A stretch of DNA of 64,000 nucleotides from positions 4,402,001 through 4,466,000 of the forward strand of contig CM059432.1 in assembly GCA_030390025.1 (NCBI GenBank), read 5' to 3'. This DNA is from Squalus acanthias (Eukaryota). The notes beneath the pieces were generated by a model. It ran no database searches. It worked only from the letters and a program-made list of their open reading frames with translations, and was not told where the DNA came from. Positions 25,631 through 37,387 of the stretch are shown one piece after another; positions within the stretch are counted from its first letter, which is position 1; each line of letters opens with the position of its first letter. The translations under genes and the position numbers were made by a program.

Positions 25631-26454
25631 TGATAGAATTTTGTTAGGTAAGGTTATTGAGGGTTACAGAACCAAAGCTGTTAGATGGAGCTAAGATACA
25701 GATCAGCCATGATCTAATTGAATGGCAGAACAGGCTCAAGGGGCTGAATGGCCTCCTCCTGTTCCTATGTAACCCAAAAATGTACCCTTCCGTTACTCCC
25801 CTCTTTTGGGAGAATAAATGATAAGTCAAACTGAGGCAAAGTTCACGAAATATGGCAGAATGCCTGTTTTTCTCCAGAATTAATGATGGGCCAATAAAAT
25901 TGTAGGAACATACTGCAATAAAGTGTGAAACTTCTGCGAGTTGGATTTCATTAACGGGACGTTAATTATTTAGAAGGACAGGTTATCCATCTCTCATTTT
26001 CCTTCAGGGAAACTTCAGTCCCTGCGGTCTTTTCGGAAGGAACAGGCTGAAGGAGCCAAATGACTTGGCCTGGCTCCTGTTTCTTAGCGTTCTTAAATGT
26101 GACACGGGGTACGTTTTATGGCAACCTTGCTGTTGTCTTCGAGTATCAGCACCCCAAAGCACTGTTAAGTAAAGTCTGTGGATGGTATTTGATTTTATTC
26201 TGGCAGTGGTATTTTCTTGAGATAGACAATTTAATACTTTTAATCATATTTTGATTCATTCTGCACTTGTTTGGCCTGATTGTTCAGAATGTACCATCAG
26301 TGTTTAATTGGTCATATCCTCATACATTAGACCTCCTGCTGACAGGTATGTTGCCTGTAGGAACCATAGATTCTTCAACTTAATGCTGTCGCGTAGTTTA
26401 ATTGTATGTGCTCACAGGCAGTCCGTAAACATGTAATTCTTCTTACTTGCTTTT

Positions 26455-27045
26455 GCCTTTGTTACCTCTAGACTTGACTATTCCAACGCACTCCTGGCCG
26501 GCCTCCCACGTTCTACCGAAGGTAAACTTGAGGTCATCCAAAACTTGGCTGCCCGTCTCCTAACTCGCACCAAGTCCCTTTCGCCTACCACCCCTGTGCT
26601 CGCTGACCTACATTGGCTCCCGGTTAAGCAACGCCTCGATTGTAAAATTCTCATCCTTGTTTTCAAATCCCTCCATGGTCTCGCCCCCTCCCTATCTCTG
26701 TAATCTCCTCCAGCCCCACAACCCCCCGAGATATCTGCGCTCCTCTAATTCTGGCCTCTTGAGCATCCCTGATTTTCATCGCTCCACCATTGGCGGCCTG
26801 TGCCTTCAGCTGCCTGGGCCCTAAGCTCTGGAATTCCCTCCCTAAACCTGTCCGCCTCTCTACATCTCTCTCCTCCTTTAAGACACTCCTTAAAGCCTAC
26901 CTCTTTGACCAAGCTTTTGGTCGCCTGCCCTAATATCTCCTTATGGGGCTCGGTGGCAAATTTATTTTTTATAACGCTCCTGTGAAACGCCTCGGGACAT
27001 TTTACTACATTAAAGGTGCTGTATAAATACAAGTTGTTGTTGCTG
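26455..27045 (+). mobile_element. L2 LINE 3' fragment
   Basis: FVTSRLDYSNALLAG onward to the (TTG)n tail. Confidence 0.88.
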
Positions 27046-27317
27046 TTTGTAGCGTAGGTTAATTGTGTGCATTCACAGGCAGTCCGTAAGCATGCAATTG
27101 TTCTTATTTGCATTTGCCTATGAGGTACCTCAGCCACTATTCATTCCATACACAGACACAATGGTGGCGCCTACTACCTCCACATTATGGGATAGTTTTG
27201 CATTTGTTTTGCTATCAGGTGCCAGTCCTGCATGACCCGTAAAGAAAGAAAGAGTGGCATTTGTATCGGTATGAGGAAGCGCATATCCCCTCCTGCCCTT
27301 GTCAAATATTATTGCAT

Positions 27318-27650
27318 AGAGTCATAACGGCACAGAAAGAGGCCATTCGACCCATCGAGTCCGTGCCAGCTCTCTGTAGAGCAATCCAGTCAGTCCCATT
27401 CCCCCGCTCTATCCCTCGCTGCGTAAAAAAGTTTTTCCTCACATCCCCCCTGTATCTCTTGCTCAAAACCTTAAATCTGTGTCCCCTAGTCCTTGTACCA
27501 TCAACTAGTGGGAACAGCCTTTCCCCGTCTAGCCTATCCAAACCCATCATAATCTTGTACACCGCGATCAAATCACCCCTCAACCTCCTTTGCTCTGATG
27601 AAAACAAATCCAGCTTCTCCAACCTGTCCTTGTAGCTAAGATCCACCATC
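27318..27650 (-). mobile_element. CR1 3' fragment, internally deleted
   Basis: DLSYKDRLEKLDLFSSEQRRLRGDLI, the same subfamily as 42745-43644. Confidence 0.85.
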
Positions 27651-28274
27651 CAAAATCTTGATCAAAGAGGTAGGTTTTAAGGAGCGTCTTAAAGGAGGAG
27701 AGAGAGGCGGAGAGGTTTAGGGAGGGAATTCCAGAGTGTAGGACCCAGGCAGCTGAAGGCACGGCCGCCAATGGTGGAGCAATGGAAATCGGGGATGCGC
27801 AAGAAACCAGAATTGGAGGAGCGCAGAGATCTTGTAGAGTACATCAAGTAAAGACCCTGGGAAGCACTTAAGAACCAATTGGAGGGAGTGTATGTTTATC
27901 CTGCATGGATAAATTAAGAGAACAAAAAGATCTTCCCCATAGGTAAGAGTCCTGTGAACCTGCAAGGACGTGTTTTTTTTCTAAGTACACTGGGTGTGTC
28001 GCTCCAGCTAGTGTCAAAGCAGTGCCAAGAGTTAGAACACCTGCAAAATATTGCATTGTAAATAGAATAAGGGGTCAAGTCTGCCAAGCTAACATGTACA
28101 CACACATACACTAAACCTAAAATAAAAGAATGAGCAAACTCCAAACTCGTAGCTAAGATCCCCCATCCCCGGAACCATTCTGGTAAATCTCCTCTGCTTT
28201 TGAGGGCGCCCGGCTGACTGCCATTCATCATGCCACATCTATCATCTGCATACATTATGTATTCCTATTTTAGC

Positions 28275-28725
28275 TCTCGGCCGTGACCCAATGGGTAGCA
28301 CCCTCATCTCCAGCGTCAGAATGTTGTGGGTTCAAGTCCCACTCCAGGAACTTGCAGCACATAATCTAGACTGGCACACTGAGTGCTGCACTGTTGGAGG
28401 CACCGTCTTTCAGATGAAACGTTAAACCGAGGCCTCGTCTGCCCTCTCAGGCGGGCTTGAAAGATCCCACGGGCGCTATTTGAAGAAGATCAGAGGAGTT
28501 CTCGCCAGTGTCCTGGCCAATATTTATCTCTCAACCAACACCACTAAAAACAGATTATCTGGTCATTATCATATTGCTGTTTGTGGGAGCTTGCTGTGCA
28601 CAAATTGACTGCCGCGTTTCCTACATTACAACAGTGACTACTCTTCAAAAGTACTTCATTGGCTGTAAAAGCGCTTTGAACATCCTGAGGTCGTGAAAGG
28701 CGCTGTAGAAATGCAAACCTCTCTT
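28275..28725 (+). mobile_element. Deu-domain SINE
   Basis: Full match to the window's SINE family. Confidence 0.85.
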
Positions 28726-28902
28726 TGTGTCAGCTGTGGCTCAGTGGGTATCTCTCTCTAGGTGGGAGGGGCTAGGAGTGAGCAGGTGCTGCTGGGTGCT
28801 TGATTACTGCAGGGAGTTGGAGTGAGTTTGTAAAAGGTTGGTGGTGGGTTTTTGTTTTTTTTCCAGGTTTTAGGGCCTTTTTGGTCCTTAAACAACAGCC
28901 AG

Positions 28903-31314
28903 ATGGCTGCTGAGGAGCACGGAGTGCCCGGCCCCTCAGAGGACAATGTTCCCAGGATGAATTTAATCAGGGGAGAAAATGATGGGGGAAGGGAGAAAAA
29001 AAAGGCCCAAAGATTTGGGCTGGGGCCCCAGGAGGTTTGGAAAAGTAAACACGGTGGTGGTTCAGTGCGAGGATAAGGAGATACGAGCTTGGGATATTAT
29101 CCAGGCGGTACATGAGGACTGTGGCGAGGGAAGCTGCTTTGCCTGCCGACCAAAGCCGAATGTTGGGTTCGAGGTGACGGTCAGTGGCCGAGAGGAGGTG
29201 GAAAGACTTTTACTCAGTTTGAAGGTTGGTGATCTGTTCCTGGAAGTATCTCTGCTATATTCTGAAGAGGTGGTGGTCTCATTCTTAAACCTGCTTAAAT
29301 TCTTAAATTCTTAAATATTGAGGACGATGTGGTAAGCAAAAAGTTGGAGTCATGGGACATTAAAATTTGCTCGGCAATAAAGAGGAGATACTATCCAGGA
29401 ACACGGGTAGCAGATGGAACCCGTTATGTAAAGGTGCGGTTCCCAGAGGGGGTGAAGTCATTGCCGTATAGCATGAAATTCGAGACAATGGAAGGAGTAC
29501 AGTACTTCCGGGTACTGCATGATAACCAGGTGAAGGTTTGTTACTATTGTCTTGGACACGACCATCTTGTAAGAAACTGACCAGACTTGTACTGTTATAA
29601 CTGCGGCGAGTGTGGCCACATCGCTCGGAGCTGCAAGGCGGAGAGCTGTGGGGTGAGTCACAAAGGCCTCACCCGCTGTGAGTGTGCGGCAGAAGGAAGC
29701 CCCTTGAGTGACGAGGAGATGGGAGAAGGAGCAGGAGGTGTGAGTGGAGCGGCCGGAGGAGTGGAGCAGGTGGAGGACACAGCTGGTGAATGGAAGGAGA
29801 AAAGAGCACAGGAAGAGGCAGAAAATTGTGGAGCAGAGAACAGGATGGAGATGGTGGAATACACACCTAGTATGGTGGAAAAGGACAAAGACAGCAGAGG
29901 GCAGCATGGGTCGAAGGCAGAGTCGAGCCATAATACGGCTCGGCTCTCCCTAAAGAATCTGGTGTCCGCGGGGGGAGAGGAGGCGGGAGCGGGGTTCAGG
30001 GTAACTGTAAGTATTCCAAAGAAAGACGGAGATTTGGAGATCTCGGGGAGCATGAGGGGGCAAGACAAGGAGAGGGTGCAAGAGGCAGGAGCCTTAAAGG
30101 GCCAGCACGACGGGAGCAGGGAGACAAAGACACCAGAAGGGAGCAAGATAGGTGCAGCCACACCATTGTCCCAGAGAGAGAAGAAACGGGGAGCAAGGGT
30201 CAGCGGTGGAGATGAGGCCGAAGGGCGTGGCACTGTTGGAGAAACTGTGATAACAGGAAGACTCTCTAAGGGAGATTATGGGCTGGATTTTCAATGACCC
30301 GTGGAGTCGGGTTTGGAGGCATGTGGGGGGTTAAAGTTGCAGATTCGGGGGTCCCGACCCCATCCCGCCTCCATTCCGCCTCCACACAATTTTGACAAAA
30401 TCGGTTGCGGGGTTCCCGACTCCGTCCCGCCTCCAAGAGGCGCGAGAGGCCATTAAAGCCCTTAACTATCCCTAAATTGACTCTGTAATGCCATTTTGAA
30501 ACGTTTTAGCTAGTTTAACCCTTTTCCGACGTGAAGTATACCTGATGTGAAACACGCCAGTGAAACCTGGCGGGAGCACAAGTGGACAGCTGACTATCAG
30601 CTGCAGGTCCACTATTACAACGGAGATGTGATGAAGGTAGTAGTAGTATTAGGTCTGAAAGTCAACTCTGATGCTGCTGCATTGAATGTCTTCAGAAACT
30701 GCCTGGCCTTTGCTGTGAGAGGACCTGGATGCAAAAAAAATTCTCTCTCTCTCTTCTCTCTCTCTCTCTCTCTCTGTCCTTAGAGCTGCTGCTCATTTTG
30801 CATCCCGGTCCTCTCACACCAAAAGCCAGGCAGTCTCTGAGACCAGGCAGTCAGTCTCTGACCTGCAATAATGACATCATCAGAGGCGACTTTCAGACTG
30901 AAACCACTAATTGGTTCATGGGTTCCCACATGCTGGAACTCAATTACCCAATTAAGTGAAAATTGCATCATTCATCCACATTAATCTGGAGTCGGGGGGG
31001 CAACACGAAATGTGGGTAACACGACCCCAACCCGACCCCAAGACAAAATCCAGCCCTATGTATCTGACGGGGAGCAGGGACGGGAGGTTACAGAAGAGCT
31101 CGAGAGTGAGGAGTCAGAGGGGGACAGAGACATGGAAGTGGGGGGTGGGGTGGCATCGTGTGGAAAGGGAAAGGTTAGTGAGGGGCAGAAGGAGGGAGAA
31201 GGGGCAGCTCCTCGGCCCAAACCTAATATAAGGAAGAGGCTGAAACTGCAGGGAAGGTTCAAACAGGAGGTGAAAAAGAGCCGGAGGCTGCAGGAGAAAG
31301 CAACAGCTGCCTGA
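28903..31314 (+). pseudogene. Disrupted Tx1/L1 ORF1 (gag-like, CCHC zinc knuckles)
   Basis: DGTRYVKVRFP..LPYSMKF..YFRVLHDNQVKVCYYCLGHDHLVRN*PDLYCYNCGECGHIARSC followed by an acidic low-complexity tail. There are frameshifts near 29000 and 29300, a stop at 29578 in a Cys position, and a MITE insertion. Confidence 0.8.
30280..31056. mobile_element. PIF/Harbinger-type MITE inserted in ORF1
   Basis: Perfect 12-bp TIR GGGCTGGATTTT/AAAATCCAGCCC. TSD is TAT at 30277-30279 and 31057-31059. Confidence 0.92.
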
Positions 31315-31593
31315 AAAGTTGGGAAGGAGCATGAGAGGAGGGAAGGGCCGGAGATTAAATGATGGGGGATTATCAGGCCCACTTCCCTTATTTGGAGCCA
31401 TGATTACTGATCAATTTTTAAAGTACAATAGATTAATATATGTTATGGGAGACAAGTTAAACGTCAGGTTTTGATGTTAATATGTGGTGGAGGAATGGCT
31501 GTGCAGAGCGGCGGAATGGATTTGTATGATACAATGGAATGATCACAATGTTGTAAATGTTTTTAATGCTCAATAAATAATATATTAAAAAAA

Positions 31594-32040
31594 AGTGGGT
31601 CGCACTCTCGCCTCTGGGTCGAGAAGGTTGTGGGTTCAAGTCCCACATCAGAGACTCGAGCACAAAATTCTAGGCTGAAACTCCAGTGCAGTGCTGAGGG
31701 AGTGCTGCACTGTCGGAGGTGCCGTCTTTCGGATGAGACGTTAAACCGAGGCCCCGTCTGCTCTCTCAGGTGGACGTAAAAGATCCCATGGCCACTATTT
31801 CGAAGAAGAGTAGGGGAGTTCTCCCCGGTGTCCTGGCCAATATTTATCCCTCAACCAACATCACTAAAAACAGATTATCTGGTCATTATCACATTGCTGT
31901 TTGTGGGATCTTGCTGTGTGCAAATTGGCTGCTGCATTTCCTACATTACAACAGTGACTTCAAAAAGTACTTCATTGTCTGTAAAGCACTTTGGGACGTC
32001 CTGAGGTTGTGAAAGGCGCTATAGAAATGCAAGTCTCTCT
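31594..32040 (+). mobile_element. Remainder of the Deu-domain SINE whose first bases lie at 28727-28750
   Basis: gtgtcagctgtggctcagtgggta joined to gcactctcgcctctg... reconstitutes the SINE head. Confidence 0.88.
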
Positions 32041-32663
32041 TCATGGTTGTTCTTATTAATAAGCAATAGAAATTATATAAATGGATTTAAATGTTCTATT
32101 CTTAGCAAAGAAAGGTTGAGCTGTGAAAAAGGGGAGAAGAATAGAAATCAAGTTGGCCTTGAAATTATACTGTGAGAGTATTAGCGTATAAATACTCAAT
32201 GCACTCATACAAAATGTCTTTGTTCACTAGTTTAAAGACCCACTTAAAATAATTTTTATTTCATGCCATGCTGGCATTGTGTAACAAGAAAGACTCAAGG
32301 ACTATTCCTGCAAGTAAATAATCACCGTTTATAAAGAGGAACATGACATTTTGACAGTGCAGATATTTTAAGAATATTAATGAGACGTTTGTGGATCATT
32401 TGGGGAGATTAGAGAGGAGTTCAGGGGGTATGAAATGATGAATTGACTCCTGTAAGTTGTGCAGTTTTTGCCTAAGTGTAAGCCCATGGAAGTCTGGAAT
32501 CAATAAACATAGATCCAGTGTATCTGGATCCGTCTAAATAACAATTCAGTCCGACTAGTAATATGGCCCTGGGATTACCTCACGTACCCTTTGATCCTAT
32601 CTCACAATCCTACTTCAGTCCTTCGAAAGTGCAACAGATGGGTGAAACGGTTTGAGTGTCCCG

Positions 32664-33410
32664 GTGAAACAGCGATTTACTTGTACTTCTTGCAATTTAG
32701 TATACTGTATTCGCTGCTCACGATGCGGTCTACTCTACATTGGGGAGACCAAACGCAGATTGGGTGACCGCTTTGCGGAACACCTCCGTTCGGTCCGTAA
32801 GGGTGACCCCCGAGCTTCCGGTCGCCTGTCACTTTAATTTGTCGCTCCACCTCCCACTCAGACCTCTCCGTCCTCGGCCTCTTACACTGTTCCAACGAAG
32901 CTCAACGTAAGCTCGAGGAACAGCACCTCATCTTTCGATTAGGCACTTTACAGCCTTCTGGACTCAAAATCGAGTTCAACAATTTCAGACCATAACCTCT
33001 GCCCCCATCCTTTTTTTCATTTTTTTTTCTCTCTCTCACATGGCAGTTGTCGATCATCCTGCCATTGCCATTTACACTTCATCTAGAGTCATCTTTTGTT
33101 TCTTAACTTGTCCCATTACCATCTCCTTTTGCCTTGCACCATCATCCCTTTTGTCTCTTAATCTCTCCTGCCTTCCACCCTATCACAGACCTTCCCTTTT
33201 GTTCTTTCCTCCCCTCCCCCCTCTCCCTGCCCCTACACTTGCTTAAAAACCTGTTCCATCTCCAACTTTTTCCAGTTCTGACGAAGGGTCACAGACCTGA
33301 AACGTTAACTCTGTTTCTCTCTCCACAGATGCTGCCTGGCCTGCTGAGTGTTTCCAGCATTTTCTGTTTTTATTTCACATTTCCAGCATCCGCAGTATTT
33401 TGCTTTTGTA
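32664..33410 (+). mobile_element. 5'-truncated Penelope-like element with TSD
   Basis: GIY-YIG motif (VYCIRCSRCGLLYIGETKRR). 11-bp direct repeat TGAGTGTCCCG at 32653-32663 and 33411-33421. Confidence 0.92.
33274..33310 (+). ncRNA. Minimal type I hammerhead ribozyme motif
   Basis: AGTT-CTGACGA-A-GGGTC-ACA-GACCT-GAAA-C-GTT-AACT. It differs from the 25493 copy only in the stem II loop. Confidence 0.75.
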
Positions 33411-33444
33411 TGAGTGTCCCGTGATGGGTTTTGAAATCACCAGT

Positions 33445-34915
33445 CATAGAGTCATAGATAGATACAGCACAGAAAGAGGCCCTTCGGCCCATCGTGTCCA
33501 CGCCGGCCATCAAGCCCTATCTATTCTAATCCCATTTTCCAGCACTTGGTCCGTAGTCTTGTATGCTATGGCGTTTCAAGTGCTCATCTAAATGCTTCTT
33601 GAATGTTGTGAGGGTTCCTGCCTCTACCACCCTTTCAGGCAGTGAGTTCCAGATTCCAACCACCCTCTGGATGAAAAAGTTTTTCCTCAAATCCTCTCTA
33701 AACCTCCTGCCCCTTACCTTGAAACTATGACCCCTGGTTATTGACCCCTCTACTAAGGGGAAACGTTCCTTTCTATCTACCCTATCTATGCCCCTCATAA
33801 TTTTGTACACCTCAATCAGATCCCCCTCAGCCTTCTCTGCTCTAAGGAAAACAACCCTAGCCTGTCCAGTCTCTCTTCATAGCTGAAGCGCTCCAGCCCA
33901 GGTAACATCCTGGTGAATCTCCTCTGCACCCTCTCCAATGCAATCACATCCCTCCTATAGTGTGGCGACCAGAACTGCACACAGTATTCCAGCTGTGGCC
34001 TAACTAGCGTTTTGTACAGCTCCATCATAACCTCCCTGCTCTTATATTCTATGCCTCGGCTAATGAAGGCAAGTATCCCATATGCCTTTTTAACCACCTT
34101 ATCTACCTGTCCTGCTGCCTTGAGGGATCTATGTACATGCACACCAAGGCCCCCTGATCCTCTGTCCTCCCTAGGTTCCTACCATTCATTGTGTGTTCCC
34201 TTGCCTTGTTAGTCCTCCCAAAATACATCACCTCACACTTTTCAGGGTTAAATTCCATTTGCCACTGTTCTGCCCATCTGACCAACCCGTCTATATCGTC
34301 CTGTAGCCTGAGGCTTCCCTCCTCACTATTTACCACTCCACCAATTTTCGTGTCATCTGCGAACTTACTGATCATACCTCCTACATTCATATCTAAATCA
34401 TTAATGTACACTACAAACAGCAAAGGACCCAGCACCGATCCCTGCGGTACACCACTGGACACAGGCTTCCAGTCACAAAAGCAACCTTCGACCATCACCC
34501 TCTGCCTCCTGTCACGAAGCCAATTTTGGTTCCAATGTGCCAAATTACCCTGGATCCCATGGGTTCGTACCTTCTTGACCAGTCTCCCATGCGGGACTTT
34601 GTCAAAAGCCTTACTGAAGTCCATGTAGACCACATCAACTGTTCTACCCTCATCCACACACCTAGTCACCCCCTCGAAAAATTCAATCAAATTGGTTAGA
34701 CATGATCTCCCCCTGACAAAGCCATGCTGACTATTCTTGATTAATCCTTGCCTCTCCAAGTGGAGACTAATTCTGTCCCTCAGAATTTTTTCCAATAATT
34801 TCCCTACCACTGATGTTAGGCTCACTGGCCTGTAATTCCCTGGTTTATCCCTACTACCCTTCTTGAACAATGGTACTACGTTAGCTGTTCTCCAGTCCTC
34901 TGGCACCTCCCCTGA
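33445..34915 (-). mobile_element. CR1 LINE, RT domain to 3' tail (frameshifted)
   Basis: NYRPVSLTS, QHGFVRGRSCLTNL, DFSKAFDKV, GVPQGSVLGP and KFADD motifs. Confidence 0.95.
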
Positions 34916-35186
34916 GAAACCATCTCCCCCAGCAATGAAGTCAATGGGAACGAATGTCAGGAGAGGTTAAAGGGAGGCTGATTCAATATCGCCCGTGTAC
35001 GCACAATCGGCCAAAGTCAAAATGACCCCCACGAGGCCAGCAAACAAGCAGTTTCACCAGATGGGTTTGGTTTACCCGGCCTAAATGCAGCTCGGGAGAA
35101 ACGCTTTGGGAGCCCCTGCGGTCGTGAAAGGCACTACATAAATGCAGGTTCTTCTTTCTTTCTTTAGTAGTTCAGTCACTAGCACA

Positions 35187-35341
35187 CAACGTTCCTGTCA
35201 AGCTGCGGGCCGCGTGGCGGTCTGGAGGTCCCGCGCAGGTAGCTCACCGGCTTTTCAATGCAAGGACCCGCGAAACTTTGAATGGGCCGCGCAGCCAGTT
35301 AAAGGGACCGCGCACCCCAAAAAAAAATACAGGGAACATTG
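35187..35341. mobile_element. hAT-like MITE, 155 bp
   Basis: TIR CAACGTTCC/GGAACATTG. 8-bp TSD CTAGCACA/CTAACACA (7/8). Confidence 0.8.
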
Positions 35342-35524
35342 CTAACACAGTGCCTCAACCTCGCCGTCTCCCACAGCAAGGTCAGACCTCATGAGCTCCA
35401 CGGTCCTGTCCTCCTATTTTAGGAATTGGGGTACCACCTCTCAGAGGCATTGTACACCATAGTCTCCTGCAACTAGAATGAGGAAATGAGGTCGGGTTAG
35501 CAATTGGGGAGAGTGTGCGTGCCA

Positions 35525-36265
35525 AGTGGGGAATGCAGATGCTCAAAGGGACCTGGGTGTCCTTGTACATGAGTCACTGAAAGTGAATGTGCAGGTGCAG
35601 CAAGCTATGAGGAAGGCAAATGGTATGCTGGCCTTCATTACAAGAGGATTTGAGTACAGGAGTAAAGCAGTCTTACTCCAATTATATAGGGCCTTGGTGA
35701 GACCACACCTGGAGTACTGTGTACAATTTTGGTCTCCTTACCTAAGGAAGGATATACTTGCCATAGAGGGAGTGCAACGAAGGTTCACGAGATTGATTCC
35801 TGGGATGGCGGGACTGTCGTCTGAGAAGAGATTGAGTAAACTAGGCCTGTATTCTCTTGAATTCAGAAGAATGAGAGGGAATCTCATTGAAGCATACAAA
35901 ATTATTACAGGGCTTGATAGGATGGATGCTGGGAGAATGTTTCCCTTGGCTGGGGAGTCTAGAACCAGGGGCCACAGCCTCAGGATAAAGGGTAGGCCAT
36001 TCAGGACTGAGATGAGGAGAAATTTCTTCACACATAGGGTGGTGAATCTTTGGAATTCTCTACCCCAGAGGGCTGTGGAGGCTCAGTCATTGGGTATATT
36101 CAAAACAGAAGTCGATAGATTTCTGACTAGTGAGGGCATCAAGGGATATGGTGATAGGGCCGGTGAATGGAGTTGAGGCAGAAGATCAGCCATGATCTCA
36201 TTGAATGTCGGAGCAGGCTCGAAGGGCCAAATGGCCTACTCCTGCTCCTATTTCTTATGTTCTTA
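35525..36265 (+). mobile_element. CR1 LINE 3' fragment
   Basis: 216-aa ORF matching the CR1 ORF2 C-terminus, plus tail. Confidence 0.93.
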
Positions 36266-36879
36266 TGGCAATGGGAGAGCTGATGTAATAAATGTAAGAA
36301 TCACCCTGTTAAGGTGGAGGAAGGAGTTTTAGAGCTGGGCGTGCAAATGATTACTCTTAGGGGAGCTGGGTAGCCGTACTATAAGATCTGGTGTTAGTGC
36401 CTCCCTGAACCAGAGTGCATTGTGAAGGTGTAAATGTACAGCTGTTACTTTTACTTTGGTGCCCAGGGGGCCAAAAGGGACAGAGTGGCCGGTGTATTAC
36501 TTTGCCTGCACTGGTCAGGTCATTGAACTCTTGTCCGGGGCTGGTCTGCAGTCCTGGCGGTGAGAGAGTTGGCGCTCGTTGTCAGTGCCACCTCCCTTCC
36601 ACATGGTACGAGTGATATTTCGGGCAAGTTTCCTGCCTCGAACACTCAGCAGTCAATGTCTCCTGAGCTCAATTTCATCAATGGTTGCAGGGTAAAACTC
36701 TGTGGCATCTTTTGCTCTGACTCTGGGCCATGCCATGGCCCCCCCTTGTTTAGCTGCCAATGCCAAGTGCTGCTGTGGTAGACATTCTTAAAACGAAAAG
36801 TGGCACAAAAACAGTTCTGAGACATGCAGTCAAGCTAGCTGACATTCAACTGAGTGAGCCAAGCACAGTTCATTCAGGT

Positions 36880-37180
36880 TTCAGCCGTGGCTCAGTGGGT
36901 AGCACCCCTGCCTTTGAGTCAGAAGGTTCGTGGGTTCAAGTCCACACTCCAAAAAACTTGAGCACAAAAATCTAGGCTGACACTCCAGTGCAGTGCTGAG
37001 GGAGTGCTGCACTGTCAAAGGTGCCGTCTTTCAGATGAGATGTTAAACCGAGGCCCCATCTGCCCCCTCAGGTGGATGTAAAAGATTCCATGGCAATATT
37101 TTGAAGAGCAGGGGAGTTCTCCCTGGTGTCCTCAACCAATGCCTAAAACAGATGATGTAGTCATTCGTTTCATTGCTGTG
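36880..37180 (+). mobile_element. Deu-domain SINE, 3'-truncated
   Basis: Head and Deu core present. Confidence 0.8.
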
Positions 37181-37387
37181 CGTTACTTAACCAACCATAT
37201 GTCCGTGCCATCAATAAGACCGCCTATGTCCACCTCTGGTTAACAGGCAGAAAATAGGATTATCCCCACTATTAGGTGGTCTGCATTAGTGTGATTGATC
37301 CTTTATAATCTTTTATCTCTACCCACGTGGATTCTATTTCTGTTTTGCTGATAGCTGCGTCACTTTTTTCTACTGCCATTATGTTAT

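Larger units (their letters stand above)
28751..31593 (+). mobile_element. Tx1/L1-clade non-LTR element retaining only ORF1
   Basis: 5' UTR, disrupted ORF1, AATAAA at 31572-31577, A-tail at 31587-31593, and TSD AGTGGGT (28743-28749 and 31594-31600). No endonuclease or RT sequence. Confidence 0.8.

Noticed and set aside
28903..31314. Host zinc-knuckle gene (ZCCHC3-like)
   Set aside because: It has frameshifts, a stop in a knuckle, a MITE insertion, an A-tail and a TSD, all pointing to a dead retroelement ORF1.
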